Source: Octopus vulgaris
Lineage: Eukaryota
DNA: 64,000 nucleotides
Assembly: GCA_951406725.2 (NCBI GenBank)
Contig: OX597819.1
Coordinates: forward strand, 64,418,001-64,482,000
Reading direction: 5' to 3'
Part shown: positions 27,144-38,941 of the stretch, one piece after another
Layout: every line of letters begins with the position of its first letter
How positions within the stretch are numbered: position 1 is the stretch's first letter
The notes under the pieces: model-generated
Databases searched by the model: none
Seen by the model: the letters and a program-made list of their open reading frames with translations, nothing else
Told to the model about the DNA's origin: nothing
Translations under genes and position numbers: made by a program

Positions 27144-28313
27144 CTATTAAATTTGCATATATATTATTTTCTATTAGGGTGTATCACGTGATCATGTTAG
27201 GTCTTATGACAGGTTCCTTTGAATATGGCAATCGCGTTCCAGGTCATCAAAATTGGTGTTGAAATTATTTTCATTAAAATTAATTTAGTCAAAAATTTGT
27301 ACAGGTGTATTTCTAAGCACCTCACTAAAATAATAAATATAACGAGATAATTAGCACTGATAAAATTAAAATTGGATTCTCCGTCTCACGGAAAGTTTTT
27401 CAAATTATTTCCTCCATTAGTATTTTTTAAAAAATGAGTAGTTTCTGTAGTAAGTGGGATAGAAGCAATACAGATATCTTGCAAAGCAGTTGCGATGAAT
27501 ACAATTATAGAATAAATACGATGAACTCTACAGGTAGGAAAATTGAAATAACCAACCAATTCTCTCATTGTAGCCATAAAATGCTATAGGCACGAGTAAT
27601 ATTGGCAACAATTTTGTAATGGCAAGTGTAGATAAAAGTTGTTATTGCAAATTTAAACATAACTGCCCGTTTAAAAAATTCACCCACCCCCTAAAAAAAC
27701 AAAACGAAAACAAATGTAATACATATATCGGTGTGAGGTAGAATCAGAGGAAATAAATTATTATTGCATAGGTTCCTCGGAAAATCATATAAAGTGAAGA
27801 ATTGTTAACCACGAGAAGACGTTTAGAAACAGAAAAAAAGTAACCAACACCAGTCTAAGCAAATTAACATGTGATTTAAAAGGCAAAAATAAAGAATATA
27901 ACCTAAAGCAGAAAATAATCAGCCATGGAAATTCCTATAAAATAGGGGATAAGTGTTGTAATACATGCATTAAAGAAATCTTCCAAATTGTAACCTCTAT
28001 GTATAAGCTTATTAATAAATGTGAGAGAAGTATATCCTGCACGTATTCATGTAAATACTTGTTTAAAAAGTATATTTAAAATGAAATAAAATACAAAAAG
28101 TAATAGAATAAAATATAAATTGATTAATTCGTAAATAAATTTGGGTAATCTAATAATATAATAGTATGTTTTTCAACAGAGACCTATATTATCCGAATAA
28201 TAAAAACAATTGTAACACAAAGTTTGATGGCGTGGAACGTGAAATTCAAAGAAAATATAATAATACCTAACCAGGTTACGTGATACACTAGAAAAAATAC
28301 ACAAATTTAATAG
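27144..28313. mobile_element. Old ~1.17-kb element bounded by diverged ~120-bp inverted repeats
   Basis: 27144-27276 (CTATTAAATTTG..GTGTATCACGTG..GTTAGGT..CTTTGAAT..CGTTCCA..CATCAAA..GTGTT) matches the reverse complement of 28198-28313. Confidence 0.65.
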
Positions 28314-28861
28314 AAATTAAAATAATTGAATGAATATGAACTGATTAATATGTTGTGACTAATTATATCAGAAAATAATTTAAGTAATTAATATAAATTA
28401 ATATCGCATTTCGTGTTTTCAGAATTAAATATAAGTATCAAACGAAATTAATAGATTAACTTACAGTAAAACCTAATGGAAAATATATGTTAAATTTTAG
28501 CGGTTCCTATGTTTTCAAACATATTAATAAACACACGTACGCAAAAACATAAAAGCAAAAACCATACAAACTTATAACGACTTTTTTTTTGTTTTTCAAA
28601 ATGCTAACACTCACACATAGATATACGAATGTTCATATGTTTAGTTTGTTGCGATGAAATTCCTTTTGTGTCAATGTTTGACCCTGATGAAATATTTAAC
28701 TCGCAATTTTCAAAATGCTAGATTAATTAATAAAATTGTAAATTGAATGAGTTGTAGATGAAAACGATTGTAGGTAAAATTAAGTTGACAATATATTTAC
28801 AAATTGTTATTAGTTAAAAATCTCCATTTTCTTCCTTAACATTTACTCTCTCTCTCTCTCT

Positions 28862-28933
<72 letters not shown>

Positions 28934-29011
28934 CTATATTTATAAGGAGAGAGAGACAGGCAACCAGATAAATAGATACGTAGATAGATGGAACGATAGA
29001 TAGACAGATAT

Positions 29012-29180
29012 GATGGGCTTCTTTCATTTTCCCATTTTCTTTTTACGCAATCCATTCAGAAGCCTTTATTTGGCGTTGGGTTTTATTGCAAGTCACATGC
29101 CCAACGTAGCACGTTTTGGGACTGAACCAGAAACATACTTTTGGGAAGCACACTTCTTACCATAGAATCACGGCGTCCTG
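29012..29180 (-). mobile_element. SINE family A 5' half, degraded
   Basis: GGGCTTCTTTCA..GGGACTGAACC..CTTACCA. Confidence 0.65.
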
Positions 29181-29604
29181 TACAACAACCGTCCTAGCGC
29201 CTGCACAAATCTTATAATAATTCTACTTGTCATTTCTTTACTTAGTCCGACGGTGATACTTTCACATGATAGGAGAAAAAGAGGGAGAAAGAAAAGAAGG
29301 AAAGAGAAAATTAGAGAAACCGCCATGACGTGATATAGCAGGAGTTAGTATCTATTTCATGGTTAAAAAAGTTAGATGAAAGTAAATAAGAAGAGTTAAA
29401 AATATAGTCTTAGCAGAAGAGTGATGTTCTGATGGTGAAATTAAAGGATGGCAAAGAATGGAGAGAGACATAACTTTCTCAGCCAGGGAAAGTACATCAA
29501 TCATTAAATTTCAATTAAATATAACATTCGATTACTTGTTTTCTTAATTCAATATATATATATATATATATACATATATGTATGTATGTATGCGGGTGTA
29601 TATA

Positions 29605-29815
29605 TTTGTGTGTCAGTGTTTGTCCCCCCAACTACGCTCGTCAACCGATACTGGTGTGTTCCCGTCCCCGTAACTTAGCGTTTCGGCAAAAAGACCGATA
29701 GGATAAGTACTAGGCTTCCAAAGAATAAGTCCTGGGGTCGATTTGCTCGACTATATGGTGGTGGTCCAGTATGGCCGTTGTCAAATGACTGAAACGAGTA
29801 AAAGAGTAAAAGAGA
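29605..29815 (+). mobile_element. SINE family A 3' half
   Basis: TTTGTCCCCC..TAACTTAGCG..AAGTACTAGGC..TGACTGAAAC. Confidence 0.8.
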
Positions 29816-30331
29816 TAACTTTTCAACGTCCGTTACAGAAGAATGGCTACAGAAAATATTCAGTGCTTCGAAGCATGTCTTACAAAATACAAAGAAAATA
29901 CACAGAAAATACAGAAATATTCGCGACCACTGAATTTATATTCATTCATAGGATTTGAACCTGAAAGTTGCGGTCTAAACAGCCAAACTACATTTTGGTT
30001 TTTGTAGTGGTTTATCCCGCTAAAGTACTAGATAACTATAGAATAGAAGTGATGTGGTATGGTAAGCCGGTCGTGTCACGTTTAAAGCAAAAGCAATCAA
30101 TAATTAACGCAGTAAAGCAGGTCGTAAATCATGCATTTAAGTATTTAACACCTAAAATGGCGATGGAATTTATCACATCAATGTCTGTTGTTGTTGCGTT
30201 AAAAGTTTCTATTAGCATTGATAATTATGGGTCTTCACGGTTTATACACAGATATACGCAGGCACATACTAAACTCACATACATAGATTATATGCTCATG
30301 AATACATACATATATACACACATGTACGTAC

Positions 30332-30368
<37 letters not shown>

Positions 30369-30473
30369 TATATATATATATAAATATCTACATACCCACC
30401 TATGTGTCTACCTCCATATATGTGTGTGTGTTCACTGGCACACATAAATAAGCAGATATATGTATAACACAAG

Positions 30474-30507
<34 letters not shown>

Positions 30508-30561
30508 GAGTGTATGTATGTGCATGTACATTCATATATATATATATATATATATATATAG

Positions 30562-30594
<33 letters not shown>

Positions 30595-30764
30595 TACGTA
30601 CTTACACACATATGTACATACATACATGGATTTATATATATATACTTATATGTATATGTGCATGTACTCAGCAAATACACTCACGCGCTTACCCACACAT
30701 ATATTTATCTGTAACTGTGTGCCCGTGTGTGTATACTGCATTGAATAATATATATCTAATTATG

Positions 30765-30952
30765 AAGGCGCCGGACAGAAAAAAAATTTGTAGCATTTCG
30801 TCCGTATATACGCTCTGACTTCAAATTCCACCCAAGTCTGATTTACTGACACTTTTCGGGGTCAGTAAAATATGTATCAGTTAAGTAATAAGACCGATTT
30901 AATCGACTGACCCCTTCCACGAAACTGTTGGCCTTGTGCCAAAATTGGAAAC
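30765..30952 (+). mobile_element. SINE family B, degraded
   Basis: TTCAAATTCC..TTTCGGGGTC..GGCCTTGTGCC. Confidence 0.6.
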
Positions 30953-31141
30953 ATATATGTGTGTAAGTATGCATGTTTAAGTGTTAGCGTACAGAAATTT
31001 ATAGATTTTTGTGTGAACATAACCATGTGTTTCTGCGTTCACAACTGTCTATTAGATTATTTGATCTCATACCTCAACATTACCTCTCCGACCTCTCTCT
31101 CTATTTCTCTTCCTCTCTAAATATATATACATCTGCATATA

Positions 31142-31349
31142 AGTGCAGGCGTCGCTGTGTGGTAAAAAGTTTGTTTACAACCTCATACATTAGGGTTCGG
31201 ACCCAAACTGTGCCATCTCGAGCGAGCTTCTACTACAGCCTGGGGCTGACCAAAGCCTAACGAGAGGATCTGAACAGGGAAACTGATAGAAAACATTTAC
31301 ATACACACAGATACACACATATATATATATATATATATAATACACACAC

Positions 31350-31408
<59 letters not shown>

Positions 31409-31540
31409 ATATCTATATGCATGTATCTTTGTGTGTGCGTGTTCATGAGTCTGTACTCCACGACCTCTACACAAGCGGTCCCTGAGACTTGGCGGATCGG
31501 CAAAAACGAACGATGGTATAAGTAGTAGGTTTATAAAAGG
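31142..31540 (+). mobile_element. SINE family A, degraded
   Basis: GCTGTGTGGTAA..CTTCTACTACAGCC..GACCAAAGCC. Confidence 0.6.
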
Positions 31541-31654
31541 ATTATGTTTTGGAATCGATTCATGGCCGAAGACTAATGATTAAAACAATGGAAAAAATGA
31601 AAGAAACTTACGTTCAATATAACCATACATATGCATATATATATATAAATATAT

Positions 31655-31977
31655 GCTCAGAGGTTAGAGCGTCGAGCTTACGATTGTGCGGTTTTGAATT
31701 CGAATCCCGGACCGGGCTGCGTGTTATGTTCTTGAGCAAGACACTTTATTTCGCGTTCCTCCAGTTTACTCAGCTGTAGAAATGAGTTGCGACGTTACAG
31801 GTGGCAATCTGTATCTGTTGTTGCCTTTCGCTTGGATAACATCGGTGGTGTGGAGAGGGGAGGCCGGTATGCATGGGCGACTGCTGGTCTTCCAAAAACA
31901 ACCTTGCCTGTACTTGTGCCTGGAGGGTAGCTTTCTAGGTGCAATCCCATGGTCAGTGATGACCGAAAGGGGGTCTC
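31655..31977 (+). mobile_element. SINE family C with alternative tail
   Basis: TTCGAATCCC B-box; CTTGAGCAAGACACTTTATTTC centre; colinear with 38336-38941 (minus). Confidence 0.82.
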
Positions 31978-32071
31978 AATATATATATATGTATATGTTT
32001 GTGTGTGTGTGTGTTTATGTGTGTGTGTGTGTGTATGCACACACAAATGGGGTGCTCAAAACGTCTCTCCA

Positions 32072-32187
32072 CGTGGCTGTGTGGTACGTAGTTTGGTTCA
32101 CAACCACACGGTTCCATCCTGGACATGTGTCTGCTAATATAGTCTCGGCCCGACAAAAGCCTTTTCAGTGGATTTGGTAGACGGAAA

Positions 32188-32188
<1 letters not shown>
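32072..32188 (+). mobile_element. SINE family A 5' fragment
   Basis: GTGGCTGTGTGGTA..GTGGATTTGGTAGACGGAAAC. Confidence 0.7.
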
Positions 32189-32280
<92 letters not shown>

Positions 32281-32349
32281 GTATATAATTTCTTTTCAGA
32301 CTGAAGTAATGAACGAAGGCCGTGAAGATTTTAGAACATTTATAAATAG

Positions 32350-32397
32350 GTCTTACAGCTGTTTCCAGGATATTTATTATAACCCTTCTTCGGAGAC
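32350..32397 (-). ncRNA. Minimal type-I hammerhead motif (CCGA variant) in a (TA)n-anchored element paralogous to 56205-56320
   Basis: Minus: GTCT CCGAAGA A-GGGTTAT-AATAA-ATATCCT-G GAAA CAGCTG TA AGAC; palindromic stem III ACAGCTGT. Confidence 0.65.
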
Positions 32398-33074
32398 GTT
32401 GAGGAAAAGCAATAGTTAATTTAGATAAGATACGAAACAGAGTGTGAAGTAGAGGAATGAAAATAGATGTGAGATATGCAGGGATATTGCTTTTGTAGAT
32501 CCATTATTTAGGCAGAATTGTATACATATAAGATTCCAATACCTTTTGAGTAAAATCCAAAAGTATTTAAAACTGGTCATTCCAAGTATAGAGTTTTTAC
32601 ACAATGCTATTGAATCAAAGGTTTTATTTAAAGTGACCTAAAAGTAGGGAATGTATTTTAAGGTCAAATCAAAAACAGGAAAATAGGAAGAGAAAAATAA
32701 AGAAAAGAGAAAAAATGAGAGGAGAAAAGAAGAAGAAACGAAAAATCAGGCAGTTAGGAATTAAGAAAAGAGAAAAAAAGAGAAGACAAAAAAGAAAATA
32801 AGGAAAAGCAAGAAGAGAGGAATAAAGAAGAAAAGAAAAAAGAAAACGAAGAAAAACAAGGATAGAGATAATATGGGAAAGTGTACCAGTTAGTAGTCCA
32901 TCAAGATAATTTGAAAGTAGGATTTGTGAGATGGGGGTGATAGAGAGAGAGAGAGAGAGGTATTAGAGTGTAAAAAGATAGATGGAATGGGGGTAATAGA
33001 GAGAGAAAGAGGAGTATAATAATGTAAGAGGTAAAAGAGTGTCAGTTCTGTAGTGATAGAGTCTAAGTGATTTG

Positions 33075-33235
33075 TGAGTCTGTGTTTGTCCCCCAACCAT
33101 TGCTTGACAACCGATGCTGTTGTGTTTACGCCTTCGAGACAAGTACGTCAAGGGGTGGATTTCTTCGACTAAATGGCTGTGCTCCAACATGGCCACAGCC
33201 AAATAACTGAAACAAGTAAAAGAATAGAAGAATAA
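33075..33235 (+). mobile_element. SINE family A 3' half
   Basis: TTTGTCCCCC..GCTTGACAACCGATGCTG..CTGAAACAAGTAAAAG. Confidence 0.78.
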
Positions 33236-33258
33236 AACTATATATATATACGTATATA

Positions 33259-33600
33259 CAATAACCCCTCTACTATCGCATTTATTAGGTTCTAAGACAC
33301 ACCGTGATATGTGAAAATCCGTGATATATAGAAACGGTACTGAATATTTTTATGTTATTTTAAAAACCTCTATAAATTTATTTTATTATAACACCATACA
33401 CTCGACCCCCCCCCGATTTTCGTTGTCTAAAATTATGTACGATTCTTTGTTTCCACATCTATAGCACACCTCGTATTTTCTTTTGTGTTTTACAGTGCAG
33501 TACTGTACTGTATTTTTATTTATTACTATATTAATTGTTCGGCGTGAAAATGCTTCTTTTACAACCGAAATAATTAAAATCTAAAAAGATATTTTTTTCT
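33259..33600 (+). mobile_element. Tigger/pogo-like DNA transposon end fragment
   Basis: TA|CAATAACCCCTCTACTATCGC terminus, repeated CCGTGATAT and TACTGTAC words; family from recall. Confidence 0.45.
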
Positions 33601-34064
33601 AATCCTTCAATCACGCTGCTTGCTACCCATCTCTTCGCTTTCCACATGACCAATGTCTGGCCAACCATGATCTTACTTTCTTGGCCTAACTGCCGATTGC
33701 CAACACCTCTCATGTCCATCTCATATGTTCTTGCCTTTAGGTTTTCACTTCATACACGCCAGCTCAGTTTGGTTCGTTCTCAGTCTTGTTGTTTGTATTC
33801 GTAATTGTGTACTATGTTCTCAGTTTTTTGTTTGTTTGATTTTTGTCTTTGTTGCCGTACACATTCGCTAGCTGTCTTCAGATCGAACCATTCCAAGTGT
33901 AACTGCCCAAATTGGTCTTGACTTCTGGAACTTGACTGATGAAAAGAATTCAAGAATGACCCCTATTTTTTTGCCCGTTCTTCTAATTGTTGTTTCTCTT
34001 GTCCGCCTTTGTAACGTCTACCTGTCCGAACGTTTTAATGCCCTCTATTGCGTTTTTCTGCCAT

Positions 34065-34145
<81 letters not shown>

Positions 34146-35049
34146 TGTATGTATGTATGTATGTATGTATGTATGTATGTATGTATGTATGTATGTATGT
34201 GTATGTATATCTTATATGTGTGAGTGAGCATACGTATTTAAGTATGCATACACGCATATACGTTAACATGTATGAAGGTGTGCCTTCTTGCTTGTGTTTG
34301 CTTGTGTATATCTGATTGCTTTAAATTTGGTTTTTCATCGCAACTTTAACATGCATGACATGTAGCATTCCAAATTGCTTTAACAATACTGATTTCGTAA
34401 AACCTAAATGCAAATCCCATTGCATCCCTTGTTTAACAACGCGTATGTGTTACAAATGTTGCAATCAGTTATTGCTTTGAAAATCCAACTGTTTTCGTAT
34501 TACTGTAACAGTGCATTATATAATAGATCCTTCTTTACTGTAGTCGTCTGAGAGGGGCGAAAGATAGACTTGGTCACTATTACAAATGTTCGAATGACTA
34601 TATAGAGTGGCTTTCATTGTTTCATACGGTACGGGTTACCTCAATCTCAGGAAGCTTAATTATATGCAGCTGGTTTATTTACGTAGTCGGTTTCAATTTC
34701 TGACGACAAACGATATGTACTTATACATACATAAATACACACACACACACTTACACACACATATACATATACGTGTATGTCATGTGTTGAATGTTCATGC
34801 GTGAATGGGTGTGTTTGTGTGTATACATTGTTCATGCATTATATCTGCCTATCATTATTTCTGCATCGTTTGTACATTATTTGTATTGCAAATTCTTTCC
34901 TCTTTATTCTCACAATGAATATTGATGTTTTCTTTCTTCCTTCCTTCTTTCCTTTCTTTCTTTCTTTCTTTCTTTCCTACTTCTTTTCTTTTTGTCATCT
35001 GTATATTCACTGTTGTTATTTTATTTCTTCAGTACCATTGCAGTCGCCC

Positions 35050-35124
<75 letters not shown>

Positions 35125-35632
35125 GTTTTCTTTCGTTTCTGTCCTTTCCTTTTTCTAAATGATTTCATCCATTTGTTGTTGATATATAATTGGATTCTGC
35201 GTGTGTCAAACATTTGCCTTCTGGTTGTCTGTTTTAATGTAAAACAGATCTCAAGCTGCCTTTGTGTGTATGTACGCGTATATGTGTGTATCTACTCGAG
35301 TTTCTGAACGTGCTTAATATTGCTTGTGTGTAAGTGTGTATGTCTAGTGTTGTCGTATTTGTTGATTCTTGTTAGTATTTATTTTTTATTCATGTCTTGG
35401 CAAATAATTCCACGTTAGGATTCTTATTCATTCTCAAATGTGCTTTATTGAAACACTATTACACTACAACGATTGCTATGATGTTTATTAACTCTATCCT
35501 TTTGGTATTAAGAGCAAGCCATATATAACTAGACAATGTGTGCATATTACTTTGCTGGTTATACCTAGATTAACTGTGATCGAATAAATTTATAATCAAA
35601 TCCATTCCAGCCTCAGAAATGCTATTTGTTTG

Positions 35633-36112
35633 AGGCGGCGAGCTGGCAGAAACGTTAGCACGCCGGGCAAAATGCTTAGCAGTATTTCGTTTGTCTCTAC
35701 ATTCTGAGTTTATATTCCGCCGAGGTTTACTTTGCTTTCCATCCTTTCGTAGTCGATAAACTAAGTACCAGTTGCGTATTTAGTTTTTTCGATAAACTAA
35801 GTACCAGTTGCCCCACCCCCCAAAAATATTCGAGTTTTGTGCCTAGAGTAGGAAATATTCTGTTTTAAAAGGCCGCGAGCTGGCAGAAACGTTAGCACGC
35901 CGGACGAAATGCTTAGCGGTATTTCCTCTCTCTCTACATTCTGAGTTCATATTCTGCCGATGTCAACTTTGCCTTTCATCCTTCCGGGGTCGATACACGT
36001 TAGCACGCCGAGCAAAATGCTTAGCAGTATTTCGTCTGTACCAGTTGCGTACTGAGGTCGATCTAATTGACTGGCCCCCTTCCCAAAATTTTTGGATCTT
36101 GTCCCTAGAGTA
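35633..36112 (+). mobile_element. Tandem pair of SINE family B copies with internal duplications
   Basis: Heads at 35633 and 35870; internal repeats TCGATAAACTAAGTACCAGTTGC x2 and a re-used ACGTTAGCACGCCG segment. Confidence 0.85.
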
Positions 36113-37118
36113 AAACAATGCCATTAATTTAATGAGTAAAACAATGCCATTAATTTAAGATGTATTAATTTAAGTGTATAAAACTACAATATTTTTCGTA
36201 TCATTTTCCTAACTTAAACTCTGTCTAACAGATCGAGTACCCGTTATTAGTTTCAACATGTTAATAGTCTTGGGCATCCGTTGCTCTTTGGAGAGTAATG
36301 AAAGATCCAACTCAAGTCGTCCTTTTGACAGATACTTAATTTTGATCATCCCAGATGCAATCGTTTTTGTTTTAATGCAGGTAAAGCAAAACTTTTATTG
36401 AGGTACTACAATAGTAGCTTGAGGTCCTTGCCTGCCATATTCAATGTATATTTCATGTTACAAGTTTTGTAAAGGTGGAAACTTGGATACTCTATTTTGG
36501 AAATAGGACAACTGTTGACACATGGAAGCCATCTCAAACACTTGTTTTCCTTGAATATTTAGATATTTCAAGATAATTTTTTTCTCATCAATTTGTCTTT
36601 TGTGCCGTATACTGTATAGAATTCTGATTAGCGCTGTGCATATCGGAAACATTTCGCATTGCATTCTGTTCCGATTAAACACAAAACTCATAAGGTGTCA
36701 ACTTAGTGTTGGAAGTTGCCCAGTAATAGACATTAAACAACAATAATACGAAACAAGATATCCTTCTTCTTTTAACCGCAAGAGATCCACTCAGACTGCT
36801 AGTTACTGGAATCCTTTTGCCTCTTTCGTGATTTTAGTAAAGTAAAATATTCACAGAATTAAGAAGCAATTAAAATAATGATAATTACTAGAAATCTTGT
36901 AGTTTTAATATGATGACAATTTTGTCGAATAATGGATTCTCTTAATTTAAGGTGGTATAAGAAAAGACTCGCGTTTGCGTTCGCCACCCGCTAGCCGTGT
37001 ACAACAAACGATAGTTTCATCTCCTGTTTCTCTTATTACAACTTGGTGTCTGAAGTCACTCACTGTTGCCTGCAGTTGATGTATGACATCTACTTTTCGA
37101 ACATCTACAATCTCTGCG

Positions 37119-37394
37119 TTATTTACATTATTTACATTTTACGGATATTTGTCCTCATCTTGTTTGTTCTTAACACAACGTTTCGGTTGATATACCCTTC
37201 AGGTTTCATCAGGGGTCTTGTGGAAATTTCCAGCCTGGATACTCATTCCTAAAGTTCGAAATTCCCCCAAGAAGGCTGGAGCGTATATCAGCCCAAAAGT
37301 TGTGTTAAAAACAACAAGATGAGGGCAAATATCCGTCAAATATAAATAAGGTAAATAATGTACATAATTCCTCATCTCTTAAATATAGAACTGT
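37119..37394. mobile_element. Penelope-type terminal element as an inverted pair; hammerhead motif at 37172-37217 (minus)
   Basis: Arms 37119-37230 / 37258-37358; minus GACCC CTGATGA..GAAA CG TT GTGTT; the right arm has lost CTGATGA. Confidence 0.7.
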
Positions 37395-38335
37395 ATATGC
37401 ATTCTCTATATTATAACGTATATTTTGAATAATAATTTTTTCGAAGTGTTCACAAACATATGCTTACTCATAGAGGAGCAGTTTTCAAATCGTGGACAAG
37501 AGAGTTATGCCTCGCTGTCCTTAGTAAAGTTTCTATATTGAATATCACTGATTATTATAGCGATTGATGATACTGCTAATTTTATACCTCTGAGCTTGGT
37601 CCTTCAAAGCCTATATTCGTGAATTATCACGAAAACTGCGTCCAAATATTTTCAAAAGAATACTTACGTTTAAAATAATAGCTTGATCACCAAGCGATTT
37701 TGGAATTGTCATATTGGGTGCTTATGCCATCAATAATGACATGTTGGCATCCATATAGATCTGCAAGAAATACAACATAGATTGGCAGCAATTTCACTTC
37801 ATCCTGAATAGAATTGAGTATATTAAAGGAATGACACTTGTAAAAGTTCGCCATTGCAACTATCAAAGTATCGAAAACGATTGATTTGAATAACAATGAC
37901 ACACCAGTAGCTATCGTAAATGTCTTTCGCAACTTATGAGTGTAAAACTAACAGTTTAATAGGAGAAACCCATCCTCATATAACTTCAATCATGCTTGAT
38001 TCTTCTCTCTTGAAATGTATAATGTTTTGATGTAGACAACACAAATACAATCCAATTACTTTCCCATTACACCTATGGGAAATTAGGAGAGTTTCGCACG
38101 TAATTAATCTCAGAATAAATATCTTCAGCAAAATTTCATAGCGGGATAGAAAACTTGCTTTTGAGTGTGCTTTATGATAATAATAAGCATGCTTAATATC
38201 CATTATGAATTTGCAGAATGGAAGAAATTCCCTGTATAAATACATGCAAACGTATGCATACACGCATATTTATCTCTAAATACGTCATATATATGCATAT
38301 ATAAACATATGTATGTATATATAGTTATATATGCT

Positions 38336-38941
38336 GAGACGCCTTCGGTCACGATTTACCATGGGATTGCACCTAGAAAGTTACCCCCGCAGGGGTACTC
38401 TAGGAACAAGACCCAAAAATGTTGGGAAGGGGGCCAGTCAATTAGATCGACCTCAGTACGCAACTGGTACAGACGAAATACTGCTAAGCATTTTGCCCGG
38501 CGTGCGAACGTGTATCGACCCCGAAAGGATGAAAGGCAAAGTTGACATCGGCAGAATATGAACTCAGAATGTAGAGAGAGACGAAATACCGCTAAGCATT
38601 TCGTTCGGCGTGCTAACGTTTCTGCCAGCTCGCGGCCTTTTAAAACAGAATCTTTCCTACTCTAGGCACAAGTCCGGGCAAGGTTGTTTATGGAAGATCA
38701 GCAGTCGCCCATTCATACCCACCTCCCTTCTCCATGCCACCAATGTTATTCTAGGGAAAGGCAAGGGCCGATGTAGCTTGGCACTTGTGACGTCGCAACT
38801 CATTTCTACAGCTGAGTGAACTGGAGCAACGTGAAATAAAGTGTCTTGCTCAAACACACCACACACAGCCCAGTCCGGGATTCGAACACACAAGCTCATG
38901 ATCGTAAGCTCGACCCCCTAACCACTGAGCCATGTGCCTTC
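38336..38941 (-). mobile_element. SINE family C interrupted by a 276-bp inverted copy (38396-38671) of 35837-36112
   Basis: C tail 38336-38390, C head and body 38672-38941; about 9 mismatches between insert and donor. Confidence 0.88.

Noticed and set aside
29968-30447. 159-aa ORF
   Set aside because: Non-ATG start, ends in microsatellite, no recognisable motif
33930-33965. CTGATGA in a (TA)n-anchored tail
   Set aside because: No downstream GAAA or stem III in this copy
37668-37760. Exon-like segment on minus (TTTCTTGCAG...GTAAGT)
   Set aside because: Stops in all three frames; cannot be supported without transcripts
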